A stretch of DNA of 64,000 nucleotides from Eledone cirrhosa (lineage: Eukaryota). Below the pieces are notes generated by a model. The model made no database searches. It was not told the origin of the DNA and saw nothing but the letters and a program-made list of their open reading frames with translations. The translations under genes were made by a program, and so were the position numbers. Location: NCBI GenBank assembly GCA_964016885.1, contig OZ024741.1:106020001-106084000 (forward strand). The letters run 5' to 3'. Shown here in pieces: positions 32,856 to 45,786 of the stretch (positions are counted from its first letter, which is position 1; every line of letters begins with the position of its first letter).

Positions 32856-34567
32856 TTCATCCTTCTATTGAAGAACAGACTCAACTATTACAACCAACCT
32901 GTACTAAATTCGACCAACACGTGAAGATCAAGCACGTTACAAATTTGGCTCTTCCATTTCCTATCTCTCACTCCCTGCTACTGTTTCACTCCTGTCTGAG
33001 ACGAGATTCTCTATTCCCACTGTGTATCAGATAGACAGTTAGTAGCATGTTACCTTCGCTTGTGTACTTATGACATAGATAGAGTGTTGGTAGGAGTGTT
33101 GACTGTGAGAATTAGAGAAAGGTGGGGGAGCACAAGTTAGCTAGAATCTGAATTTGGATTCTATTTTATTATTTAATTTGATTTCAGAGCAGTAGATTTG
33201 CAGTATTGGTAGAGCATTGGAGAAAATGCTTTGCAGTATTTAGTTATAATTTTCTACATTTTGAGTTCAAATCCTGTTTTCCCTTTCATCTTTCAAGAGT
33301 TGATAAAATAAAATACCAGTCATCTGCTGAGATTGATGTAATCAGCTTTCCCCCTCCCTACAAACTGTTGACTTTGTGCCAAAATTAGAAATCCTTTCTT
33401 TATTTGATCTCTTTGTTGGTGAAGCAAAAAAATACAAACTACCGTTTTTTCTTTTTTTTTTTTTGTAAACTGAAATTAAAATATAGCCACACACTGAACT
33501 CCTGATGAAGTTATAATGGTATTGTCATGTAATACAACATATCGTTGGCAGTTGAACCTGATGAAGCCCGTCCCTCTCCATGTCTGAACACAACCAATTA
33601 CTTTCTGAGGGAAAGAAATTAAGAAAGAGAAGATAGAGGAAGAATCGATCTCATTACTAGATTAATATATTATTTATTGACTTCAAAATGATGAAATAAA
33701 TATAAAGTTGACCTCAATGGGGTTTCAGCACAGAGAGCCAGAACAAATATGACAAAGCATTCTATCCAATGTTCTAACAACTCTGCCAATTCACTGCCTA
33801 TACACACAGATATGAATATATATTTGTATATGTATACAAAATAAACAGGTTTATTATTCAGAAATGAAGATTTTAAGCTATCAACTTCAAGGTTGATTAA
33901 TCTTTGGAGATCAAATGGCAATAGTAGAAGTTTTTGAAATTATTTACATATGGTCTTTAAGAAACAACTGGCAACCCAACTACATGCACCAAAACAAACA
34001 TTACTATGTGCCCCAACACAAACACTACTACATGTTCCAACACAAACCCTACCTAAAGAAAGGGTCTCAAGACCTCAAAAGTGCCATTACATCCTGGGCA
34101 CAAGTGAGATGAGGGGAGTGGCATGATTTCCACCAGTTATAATGCTAACCTGCAATACAGCTGATAGGCTGCTATTTATTTTTATTTTATTTTATTTTAT
34201 TTTATTTTTTTCATCAAAGTGAATACCCATGATCATGAAATATGTGAATTAGTACAAAATTTAGGGGAATAAATTTTGTTTCAAATTTTCTTTAATTCTG
34301 TTTATTTTTGAAGAATTCCCTTTTTATATTTTCACTTTTGATAAATTCTGTTTTTTCCATTTTATTATATTGCAGGGGTAAATTGCAATAAATTGCACTA
34401 TAAATATTAAAACGTGGAAGATAAACTCTTCTGCCACATGCCATACAGAAATAGTTTGCAAACCCTGAACTTACCAAACCTGAATCACACAGAACTAACA
34501 CAGACTGTTGCTCTACTGTAAGGTCTGCCAAATACATGACACTATACAACAATGGTATAACTAAGAC

Positions 34568-37500
34568 TGGTGTCACCCCTGTCTTTCTTTCACTCTCTCC
34601 TATGTACTATACTGTTCTTCCATAACTCTCTCCTCTGTACCAGATCACTGATGGTGTCACCACTGTCCTTCCATAACTCTCTCCTCTGTACCAGATCACT
34701 GATGGTGTCACCACTGTCCTTCCATAACTCTCTCCTCTGTACCAGACCACTGATGGTGTCACCAGAGTCCTTCCATAACTCTCTCCTCTGTACCAGACCA
34801 CTGAGGGTGTCACCAGAGTCCTTCCATAACTCTCTCCTCTGTACCAGACCACTGATGGTGTCACCAGCCCTTCCATAACTCTCTCCTCTGTACCATCACT
34901 GATGGTGTCACCACTGTCCTTCCATAACTCTCTCCTCTGTACCAGACCACTGATGGTGTCACCAGAGTCTTTCCATAACTCTCTCCTCTGTACCAGATCA
35001 CTGATGGTGTCACCAGAGTCCTTCCATAACCCTCTCCTCTGTACCAGATCACTGATGGTGTCACCAGTGTCCTTCTATAACTCTCTCCTCTGTGCCAGAC
35101 CACTGATGGTGTCACCAAAGTCCTTCCATAACTCTCTCCTCTATACCAGATTACTGATGGTGACACCACTGTCCTTCCATAACTCTCTCCTTTGTACCAG
35201 ACCACTGATGGTGTCACCACTGTCCTTCCATAACTCGCTCCTTTGTACCAGACCACTGAGGGTGTCACCACTGTCCTTCCATAACTCTCTCCTCTGTACC
35301 AGACCACTGATGGTGTCACCACTGTCCTTCCATAACTCTCTCCTCTGTACCAGACCACTGATGGTGTCACCAGAGTCCTTCCATAACTCTCTCCTCTGTA
35401 CCAGACCACTGATGGTGTCACCAGAGTCCTTCCATAACTCTCTCCTCTGTACCAGACCACTGATGGTGTCACCAGCCCTTCCATAACTCTCTCCTCTGTA
35501 CCATCACTAATAGTGTCACCACTGTCCTTCCATAACTCTCTCCTCTGTACCAGACCACTGATGGTGTCACCAGAGTCCTTCCATAACTCTCTCCTCTGTA
35601 CCAGATCACTGATGGTGTCACCAGAGTCCTTCCATAACTCTCTCCTCTGTACCAGATCACTGATGGTGTCACCAGAGTCCTTCCATAACCCTCTCCTCTG
35701 TACCAGATCACTGATGGTGCCACCAAAGTCCTTCCATAACTCTCTCCTCTATACCAGATTACTGATGGTGACACCACTGTCCTTCCATAACTCTCTCCTT
35801 TGTACCAGACCACTGATGGTGTCACCACTGTCCTTCCATAACTCGCTCCTTTGTACCAGACCACTGAGGGTGTCACCACTGTCCTTCCATAACTCTCTCC
35901 TCTGTACCAGCCCACTGATGGTGTCACCAAAGTCCTTCCATAACTCTCTCTTCTGTACCAGACCACTGATGGTGTCACCAGAGTCCTTCCATAACTCTCT
36001 CCTCTGTACCAGACCACTGATGGTGTCACCAGCCCTTCCATAACTCTCTCCTCTGTACCATCACTAATAGTGTCACCACTGTCCTTCCATAACTCTCTCC
36101 TCTGTACCAGACCACTGATGGTGTCACCAGAGTCCTCCCATAACTCTCTCCTCTGTACCAGATCACTGATGGTGTCACCAGAGTCCTTCCATAACTCTCT
36201 CCTCTGTACCAGATCACTGATGGTGTCACCAGAGTCCTTCCATAACCCTCTCCTCTGTACCAGATCACTGATGGTGCCACCAAAGTCCTTCCATAACTCT
36301 CTCCTCTATACCAGATTACTGATGGTGACACCACTGTCCTTCCATAACTCTCTCCTTTGTACCAGACCACTGATGGTGTCACCACTGTCCTTCCATAACT
36401 CGCTCCTTTGTACCAGACCACTGAGGGTGTCACCACTGTCCTTCCATAACTCTCTCCTCTGTACCAGCCCACTGATGGTGTCACCAAAGTCCTTCCATAA
36501 CTCTCTCTTCTGTACCAGATCATTGATGGTGTCACCAGAGTCCTTCCATGACTCTCTCCTCTGTACCAGATCACTGATGGTCTCACCAGAGTCCTTCCAT
36601 AACTCTCTCCTCTGTACCAGCCCACTGATGGTGTCACCAAAGTCCTTCCATAACTCTCTCCTCTGTACCAGACCACTGATGGTGTCACCACTGTCCTTCC
36701 ATAACTCTCTCCTCTGTACCAGCCCACTGATGGTGTCACCAGAGTCCTTCCATAACTCTCTCCTCTGTACCAGATCACTGATGGTGTCACCAGAGTCCTT
36801 CCATAACTCTCTCCTCTGTACCAGCCCACTGATGGTGTCACCAGAATCCTTCCATAACTCTCTCCTCTGCACCAGACCACTGATGGTGTCACCACTGTCC
36901 TTCCATAACTCTCTCCTCTGTACCAGATCACTGATGGTGTCACCAGAGTCCTTCCATAAGTCTCTCCTCTGTACCAGCCCACTGATGGTATCACAAGAAG
37001 TCCTTCCATAACTCTCTCCTTTGTACCAGACCACTGATGGTGTCACCAGAGTCCTTCCATAACTCTCTCCTCTGTGCCAGACCACTGATGGTGTCACCAG
37101 AGTCCTTCCTTAACTCTCTCCTTTGTACCATATCACTGATGGTGTCACTACTGTCCTTCCATAACTCTCTCCTCTGTACCAGACCACTGATGGTGTCACC
37201 AGAGTTCTTCCATAACTCTCTCCTCTGTACCAGATCACTGATGGTGTCACCACTGTCCTTCCATAACTCTCTCCTCTGTACCAGACCACTGATGGTGTCA
37301 CCACTGTCCTTCCATAACTCTCTCCTCTGTACCAGACCACTGATGGTGTCACCAGAGTCCTTCCATAACTCTCTCCTCTGTACCAGACCACTGATGGTGT
37401 CACCAGAGTCCTTCCATAACTCTCTCCTCTGTACCAGACCATTGATGGTGTCACCAGCCCTTCCATAACTCTCTCCGCTGTACCATCGCTGATGGTGTCA

Positions 37501-40500
37501 CCACTGTCCTTCCATAACTCTCTCCTCTGTACCAGACCACTGATGGTGTCACCAAAGTCCTTCCATAACACTCTCCTCTGTACCAGATCACTGATGGTGT
37601 CACCAGAGTCCTTCCATAACTCTCTCCTCTGTACCTGCCCACTGATGGTGTCACCAAAGTCCTTCCATAACTCTCCTCTGTACCAGATCACTGATGGTGT
37701 CACCAAAGTCCTTCCATAACTCTCTCCTCTGTACCAGATACTGATGGTGTCACGAGAGTCCTTCAATAACTCTCTCCTCTGTACCAGATCACTGATGGTG
37801 TCACCAAAGTCCTTCCATAACTCTCTCCTTTGCACCAGATCACTGATGGTGTCACCAGCCCTTCCATAACTCTTTCCTCTGTACTAGATCACTGATGGTG
37901 TCAACACTGTCCTTCCATAGCTCTCTCCTCTGTACCAGACCACTGATGGTGTCACCAAAGTCCTTCCATAACTCTCTCCTCTGTACCAGATACTGATGGT
38001 GTCACGAGAGTCCTTCAATAACTCTCTCCTCTGTACCAGACCACTGATGGTGTCACCAAAGTCCTTCCATAACTCTCTCCTCTGTACCAGATACTGATGG
38101 TGTCACGAGAGTCCTTCAATAACTCTCTCCTCTGTACCAGACCACTGATGGTATCACCACTGTCCTTCCATAACTCTCTCCTCTGTACCAGACCACTGAT
38201 GGTGTCACCAGCCCTTCCATAACTCTCTCCTCTGTACCATCACTAATAGTGTCACCACTGTCCTTCCATAACTCTCTCCTCTGTACCAGACCACTGATGG
38301 TGTCACCAGAGTCCTTCCATAACTCTCTCCTCTGTACCAGATCACTGATGGTGTCACCAGAGTCCTTCCATAACTCTCTCCTCTGTACCAGATCACTGAT
38401 GGTGTCACCAGAGTCCTTCCATAACCCTCTCCTCTGTACCAGATCACTGATGGTGCCACCAAAGTCCTTCCATAACTCTCTCCTCTATACCAGATTACTG
38501 ATGGTGACACCACTGTCCTTCCATAACTCTCTCCTTTGTACCAGACCACTGATGGTGTCACCACTGTCCTTCCATAACTCGCTCCTTTGTACCAGACCAC
38601 TGAGGGTGTCACCACTGTCCTTCCATAACTCTCTCCTCTGTACCAGCCCACTGATGGTGTCACCAAAGTCCTTCCATAACTCTCTCTTCTGTACCAGACC
38701 ACTGATGGTGTCACCAGAGTCCTTCCATAACTCTCTCCTCTGTACCAGACCACTGATGGTGTCACCAGCCCTTCCATAACTCTCTCCTCTGTACCATCAC
38801 TAATAGTGTCACCACTGTCCTTCCATAACTCTCTCCTCTGTACCAGACCACTGATGGTGTCACCAGAGTCCTCCCATAACTCTCTCCTCTGTACCAGATC
38901 ACTGATGGTGTCACCAGAGTCCTTCCATAACTCTCTCCTCTGTACCAGATCACTGATGGTGTCACCAGAGTCCTTCCATAACCCTCTCCTCTGTACCAGA
39001 TCACTGATGGTGCCACCAAAGTCCTTCCATAACTCTCTCCTCTATACCAGATTACTGATGGTGACACCACTGTCCTTCCATAACTCTCTCCTTTGTACCA
39101 GACCACTGATGGTGTCACCACTGTCCTTCCATAACTCGCTCCTTTGTACCAGACCACTGAGGGTGTCACCACTGTCCTTCCATAACTCTCTCCTCTGTAC
39201 CAGCCCACTGATGGTGTCACCAAAGTCCTTCCATAACTCTCTCTTCTGTACCAGATCATTGATGGTGTCACCAGAGTCCTTCCATGACTCTCTCCTCTGT
39301 ACCAGATCACTGATGGTCTCACCAGAGTCCTTCCATAACTCTCTCCTCTGTACCAGCCCACTGATGGTGTCACCAAAGTCCTTCCATAACTCTCTCCTCT
39401 GTACCAGACCACTGATGGTGTCACCACTGTCCTTCCATAACTCTCTCCTCTGTACCAGCCCACTGATGGTGTCACCAGAGTCCTTCCATAACTCTCTCCT
39501 CTGTACCAGATCACTGATGGTGTCACCAGAGTCCTTCCATAACTCTCTCCTCTGTACCAGCCCACTGATGGTGTCACCAGAATCCTTCCATAACTCTCTC
39601 CTCTGCACCAGACCACTGATGGTGTCACCACTGTCCTTCCATAACTCTCTCCTCTGTACCAGATCACTGATGGTGTCACCAGAGTCCTTCCATAAGTCTC
39701 TCCTCTGTACCAGCCCACTGATGGTATCACAAGAAGTCCTTCCATAACTCTCTCCTTTGTACCAGACCACTGATGGTGTCACCAGAGTCCTTCCATAACT
39801 CTCTCCTCTGTGCCAGACCACTGATGGTGTCACCAGAGTCCTTCCTTAACTCTCTCCTTTGTACCATATCACTGATGGTGTCACTACTGTCCTTCCATAA
39901 CTCTCTCCTCTGTACCAGACCACTGATGGTGTCACCAGAGTTCTTCCATAACTCTCTCCTCTGTACCAGATCACTGATGGTGTCACCACTGTCCTTCCAT
40001 AACTCTCTCCTCTGTACCAGACCACTGATGGTGTCACCACTGTCCTTCCATAACTCTCTCCTCTGTACCAGACCACTGATGGTGTCACCAGAGTCCTTCC
40101 ATAACTCTCTCCTCTGTACCAGACCACTGATGGTGTCACCAGAGTCCTTCCATAACTCTCTCCTCTGTACCAGACCATTGATGGTGTCACCAGCCCTTCC
40201 ATAACTCTCTCCGCTGTACCATCGCTGATGGTGTCACCACTGTCCTTCCATAACTCTCTCCTCTGTACCAGACCACTGATGGTGTCACCAAAGTCCTTCC
40301 ATAACACTCTCCTCTGTACCAGATCACTGATGGTGTCACCAGAGTCCTTCCATAACTCTCTCCTCTGTACCTGCCCACTGATGGTGTCACCAAAGTCCTT
40401 CCATAACTCTCCTCTGTACCAGATCACTGATGGTGTCACCAAAGTCCTTCCATAACTCTCTCCTCTGTACCAGATACTGATGGTGTCACGAGAGTCCTTC

Positions 40501-43500
40501 AATAACTCTCTCCTCTGTACCAGATCACTGATGGTGTCACCAAAGTCCTTCCATAACTCTCTCCTTTGCACCAGATCACTGATGGTGTCACCAGCCCTTC
40601 CATAACTCTTTCCTCTGTACTAGATCACTGATGGTGTCAACACTGTCCTTCCATAGCTCTCTCCTCTGTACCAGACCACTGATGGTGTCACCAAAGTCCT
40701 TCCATAACTCTCTCCTCTGTACCAGATACTGATGGTGTCACGAGAGTCCTTCAATAACTCTCTCCTCTGTACCAGACCACTGATGGTGTCACCAAAGTCC
40801 TTCCATAACTCTCTCCTCTGTACCAGATACTGATGGTGTCACGAGAGTCCTTCAATAACTCTCTCCTCTGTACCAGACCACTGATGGTATCACCACTGTC
40901 CTTCCATAACTCTCTCCTCTGTACCAGACCACTGATAGTGTCACCACTGTCCTTCCACGACTCTCTCCTCTGTACCAGCCCACTGATGGTGTCACCAGCC
41001 CTTCCATAACTCTCTCCTCTGTACCATCACTGATGGTGTCACCACTGTCCTTCCATAACTCTCTCCTCTGTACCAGACCACTGATGGTCTCACGAGAGAC
41101 CTTCCATAACTCTCTCCTCTGTACCAGACCACTGATGGTGTCACAACTGTCCTTCCATAACTCTCTCCTCTGTACCAGATCACTGATGGTGTTACCAGAG
41201 TCCTTCCATAACTCTCTCCTCTGTACTAGACCACTGATGGTGTCACCAAAGTCCTTCCATAACTCTGTCCTCTGTACGAGATCACTGATGGTGTCACCAC
41301 TGTCCTTCCATAACTCTCTCCTCTGTACCAGACCACTGATCGTGTCACCAGAGTCCTTCCATAACTCTCTCCTTTGTACCATATCACTGATGGTGTCACT
41401 ACTGTCCTTCCATAACTCTCTCCTCTGTACCAGACCACTGATGGTGTCACCAGAGTCCTTCCATAACTCTCTCCTCTGTACCAGACCACTGATGGTTATA
41501 CCTCTGTCCTTACATAACTCTCTCCTCTGTACCAGATCACTGATGGTATTACCTCTGTCCTTCCATAACTCTCTCCTCTGTACCAGACCACTGATGGTGT
41601 CACCACTGTCCTTCCATAACTCTCTCCTCTGTACCAGATCACTGATGGTGTCACCGCTGTCCTTCCATAACTCTCTCCTCTGTACCAGACCACTGATGGT
41701 GTCACCAAAGTCCTTCCATAACTCTCTCCTCTGTACCAGCCTACTGATGGTGTCACCAAGTCCTTCCATAACTCTTTCCTTTGTACCAGCCCACTGATAG
41801 TGTCACCACTGTCCTGCCATAACTCTCTCCTCTGTACCAGATCACTGATGGTGTCACCAGATTCCTTCCATAACTCTCTCCTCTGTACCTGCCCACTGAT
41901 AGTGTCACCAAAGTCCTTCCATAACTCTCCTCTGTACCAGATCACTGATGGTGTCACCAAAGTCCTTCCATAACTCTCTCCTTTGTACCAGACCACTGAT
42001 GGTGTCACCAGAATCCCTCCATAACTCTCTCCTCTGTACCAGATCACTGATGGTGTCACCACTGTACTTCCATAACTCTCTCCTCTGTACCAGACCACTG
42101 ATGGTGTCACCAGAGTCCTTCCATAACTCTCTCCTCTGTACCAGCCCACTGATGGTGTGACCAAAGTCCTTCCATAACTCTCCTCTGTACCAGATCACTG
42201 ATGGTGTCACCAAAGTCCTTCCATAACTCTCTCCTCTGTACCAGCCCACTGATGGTGTCACCAGAGTCCTTCCATAACTCTCCTCTGTACCAGATCACTG
42301 ATGGTGTCACCAAAGTCCTTCCATAACTCTCTCCTTTGTACCAGACCACTGATGGTGTCACCAGAATCCTTCCATAACTCTCTCCTCTGTACCAGATCAC
42401 TGATGGTGTCACCACTGTCCTTCCATAACTCTCTCCTCTGTACCAGATCACTGATGGTGTCACCAAAGTCCTTCCATAACACTCTCCTCTGTACCAGCGC
42501 ACTTATGGTGTCACCACTGTCCTTCCATAACTCTCTCTTCTGTACCAGATCACTGATGGTGTCACCAGAGTCCTTCCATAACTCTCTCCTCTGTACCAGC
42601 CCACTGATGGTGTCACAACTGTCCTTCCATAACTCTCTCCTCTGTACCAGACCACTGATGGTGTCACCACTGCCCTTCCATAACTCTCACCTCTGTACCA
42701 TCACTGATGGTGTCACCACTGTCCTTGCATAACTCTCTCCTCTGTACCAGACCACTGATGGTGTCACCAGAGCCCTTCCATAACAGTTTCCTTTGTACCA
42801 TATCACTGATGGTGTCACTACTGTCCTTCCATAACTCTCTCCTCTGTACCAGATCACTGATGGTGTCACCAGATTCCTTCCATAACTCTTTCCTCTGTAC
42901 CAGACCACTGATGGTATTACCTCTGTCCTTCCATAACTCTCTCCTCTGTACCAGCCCAATGATGGTGTCACCAAAGTCCTTCCATAACTCTCTCCTCTGT
43001 ACCAGATCACTGATGGTGTCACCAAAGTCCTTCCATAACTCTCTCCTCTGTACCAGATCACTGATGGTGTCACCACTGTCCTTCCATAACTCTCTCCTCT
43101 GTACCAGATCACTGATGGTGTCACCAAAGTCCTTCCATAACTCTCTCCTCTGTACCAGCCCACTGATGGTGTCACCACTGTCCTTCCATAACTCTCTCCT
43201 CTGTACCAGACCACTGATGGTGTCACCAGAGTCCTTCCATAATTCTCTCCTCTGTACCAGACCACTGATGGTGTCACCACTGTCCTTCCATAACTCTCTC
43301 CTCTGTACCAGATTACTGATGGTGTCACCACTGCCCTTCCATAACTCTCTCCTCTGTACCAGACCACTGATGGTGTCACCAAAGCCCTTCCATGACTCTC
43401 TCCTCTGTACCAGATCACTGATGGTGTCACCAGAGTCCTTCCATAACTCTCTCCTCTGTACCAGACCACTGATGGTGTCACCAGCCCTTCCATACCTCTC

Positions 43501-45110
43501 TCCTCTGTACCAGATCACTGATGGTGTCACCACTGTCCTTCCATAACTCTCTTTTCTGTGCCAGACCACTGATGGTGTCACCAAAGTCCTTCCATAACTC
43601 TCTCCTCTGTACCAGATCACTGATCGTGTCACCACTGTCCTTCCATAACTCTCTCCTCTGTACCAGCCCACTGATCGTGTAACCAAAGTCCTTCCATAAC
43701 TCTCTCCTCTGTACCAGATCACTGATGGTGTAACAAGAGTCCTTCCATAACTCTCTCCTCTGTACTAGATCACTGATGGTGTCACCAGAGTTTTTCCATA
43801 ACTCTCTCCTCTGTACCAGCCCACTGATGGTGTCACCAAATTCCTTCCATAACTCTCTTCTCTGTACCAGACCACTGATGGTGTCACCACTGTCCTTCCA
43901 TAACTCTCTCCTCTGTACCAGCCCACTGATGGTGTCACCAGAGTCCTTCCATAACTCTCTCCTCTGTACCAGACCACTGCTGGTGTCAAAGTCCTTCCAT
44001 AACTCTCTGCTCTGTACCAGACCACTGATGGTGTCACCAGAGTCCTTCCATAACTCTCTCCTCTGTACCAGACCACTGATGGTGTCACCACTGTCCTTCC
44101 ATAACTCTCTCCTCTGTACCAGACCACTGTCCTTCCATAAGTCTCTCCTCTGTACCAGATCCCTGATAGTGTCACCAAAGTCCTTCCATAACTCTCTCCT
44201 CTGTACCAGATCACTGATGGTGTTACCAGAGTCCTTCCATAACTGTCTCCTCTGTACCAGACTACTGATGGTGTCACCAGCCCTTCAATACCTCTCTCCT
44301 CTGTACCATCACTGATGGTGTCACCACTGTCCTTCCATAACTCTCTCCTCTGTACCAGACCACTGATGGTGTCACCAGAGTCCTTCCATAACTCTCTCCT
44401 ATGTACCAGATCACTGATGGTGTCACCAGAGTCCTTCCATAACTCTCTCCTCTGTACCAGCCCACTGATGGTGTCACCAAAGTCCTTCCATAACTCTCTC
44501 CTCTGTACCAGATCACTGATGGTGTCACCAGAGTCCTTCCATAACTCTCTCCTCTGTACCAGCCCACTGATGGTGTCACCAAAGTCCTTCCATAATTCTC
44601 TCCTCTGTACCAGACCACTGATGGTTTCACCACTGTCCTTCCATAACTCTCTCCTCACTGCCATATCACTGATGGTGTCACCAAAGTCCTTCCATAACTC
44701 TCTCCTCTGTGCCAGACCACTGATAGTATCACCACTGTCCTACCATAACTCTCTCCTCTGTACCAGACCATTCATGGTGTTACCATAGTCCTTCCATGAC
44801 TCTCTCCTCTATACTAGACTATCCTTACATGACCCTATCCTCTGTCCTGCACCACTGATGGTGTCACCATTATCCTTCCATAACTCTCTCCTCTGTGCCA
44901 TATCACTGATGGTATTACCTCTGTCCTTCCATAATTCTCTCCTCTGTACCATCACTGATGGTGTTACCACAGTCCTTCCATAACTCTCTCCTCTGTACCA
45001 TATCACTGATGGTGTTACCACAGTCCTTCCATAACTCTCTCCTCGGTGCCATATCACTGATGGTGTCACCACTGTCCTTCCATAACTCTCTCCTCTATAT
45101 TAGGCTGTCC
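34568..45110. repeat. 51-bp satellite array, ~200 units, with higher-order duplications
   Basis: Unit cataactctctcctctgtaccagaccactgatggtgtcaccagagtccttc; identical ORF calls recur at an offset of 2736, and near-identical ones at 557. Confidence 0.97.
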
Positions 45111-45608
45111 TTACAGGACTATCCTTTGTACCAGAAACCTTAGTATTTTTGTGTATGAATCACTTACACATTACAACTATTGGGTACATGCTCTCAATCA
45201 CTGAGAACAAACACAAAAATAGGAATGTGTGGACAAGAACACACCACCAATGCTACACAAACCAAAAAATGTTCTTAGAAGCAGCAACTATATACATGCT
45301 CCATCTGTTCATTGAAGATGTGATACATAAGTGCTTCTGGACACTTCTTCACTAGATTTGAACTCCAAGTATATATTGCAGAACAATTAACGTCAACTAC
45401 TTAATCTGAAATCTTAACCACTCTTACTGATTGATAGTCCAAGTTTTTAAGTTAGAATATAAATACCAAAGACTACATTTGCTATAATTATCTTTTTTTG
45501 TGTATAATTGTTTGAATTAGTATTTTAAGTGAAAGAACTCTGTCATTCCATTGTCCTTTAACTTCTAAGGTTGCTGTAGTAATATATGGCATTTCTTGAG
45601 CAATTTAA

Positions 45609-45786
45609 CCCTGTAGCATTTAAACTGGCTGTATCCGGCCAGAATTTGTTCTTACCTCTTTCTGTTCAAACCGGCTATAACCGTCTGCTCATACTGATGT
45701 TAAGGTATTGTTCTCAAAATGAATAACATCAAAATCTCATAAATTCAATACAATAGTAAATATAGAGTAATATAAATGCTAAAGGG
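45609..45786. mobile_element. piggyBac-like MITE, opposite orientation to 30521-30738
   Basis: TTAA|CCCTGTAGCATT ... AATGCTAAAGGG|TTAA. Confidence 0.75.

Noticed and set aside
32294-32871. His-, Thr- and Pro-rich ORFs
   Set aside because: Trinucleotide low-complexity sequence with stops in all frames and no exon signals.
33500-33600. Two CTGATGAAG motifs
   Set aside because: No correctly placed GAAA, stem III or NUH downstream.
34570-45143. Repeat protein or CRISPR-like array in the 51-bp satellite
   Set aside because: No unique spacers, frequent frame-breaking indels, ORFs open on both strands, and no splice or start context. The ctgatgg motif lacks the GA and GAAA needed for a hammerhead.
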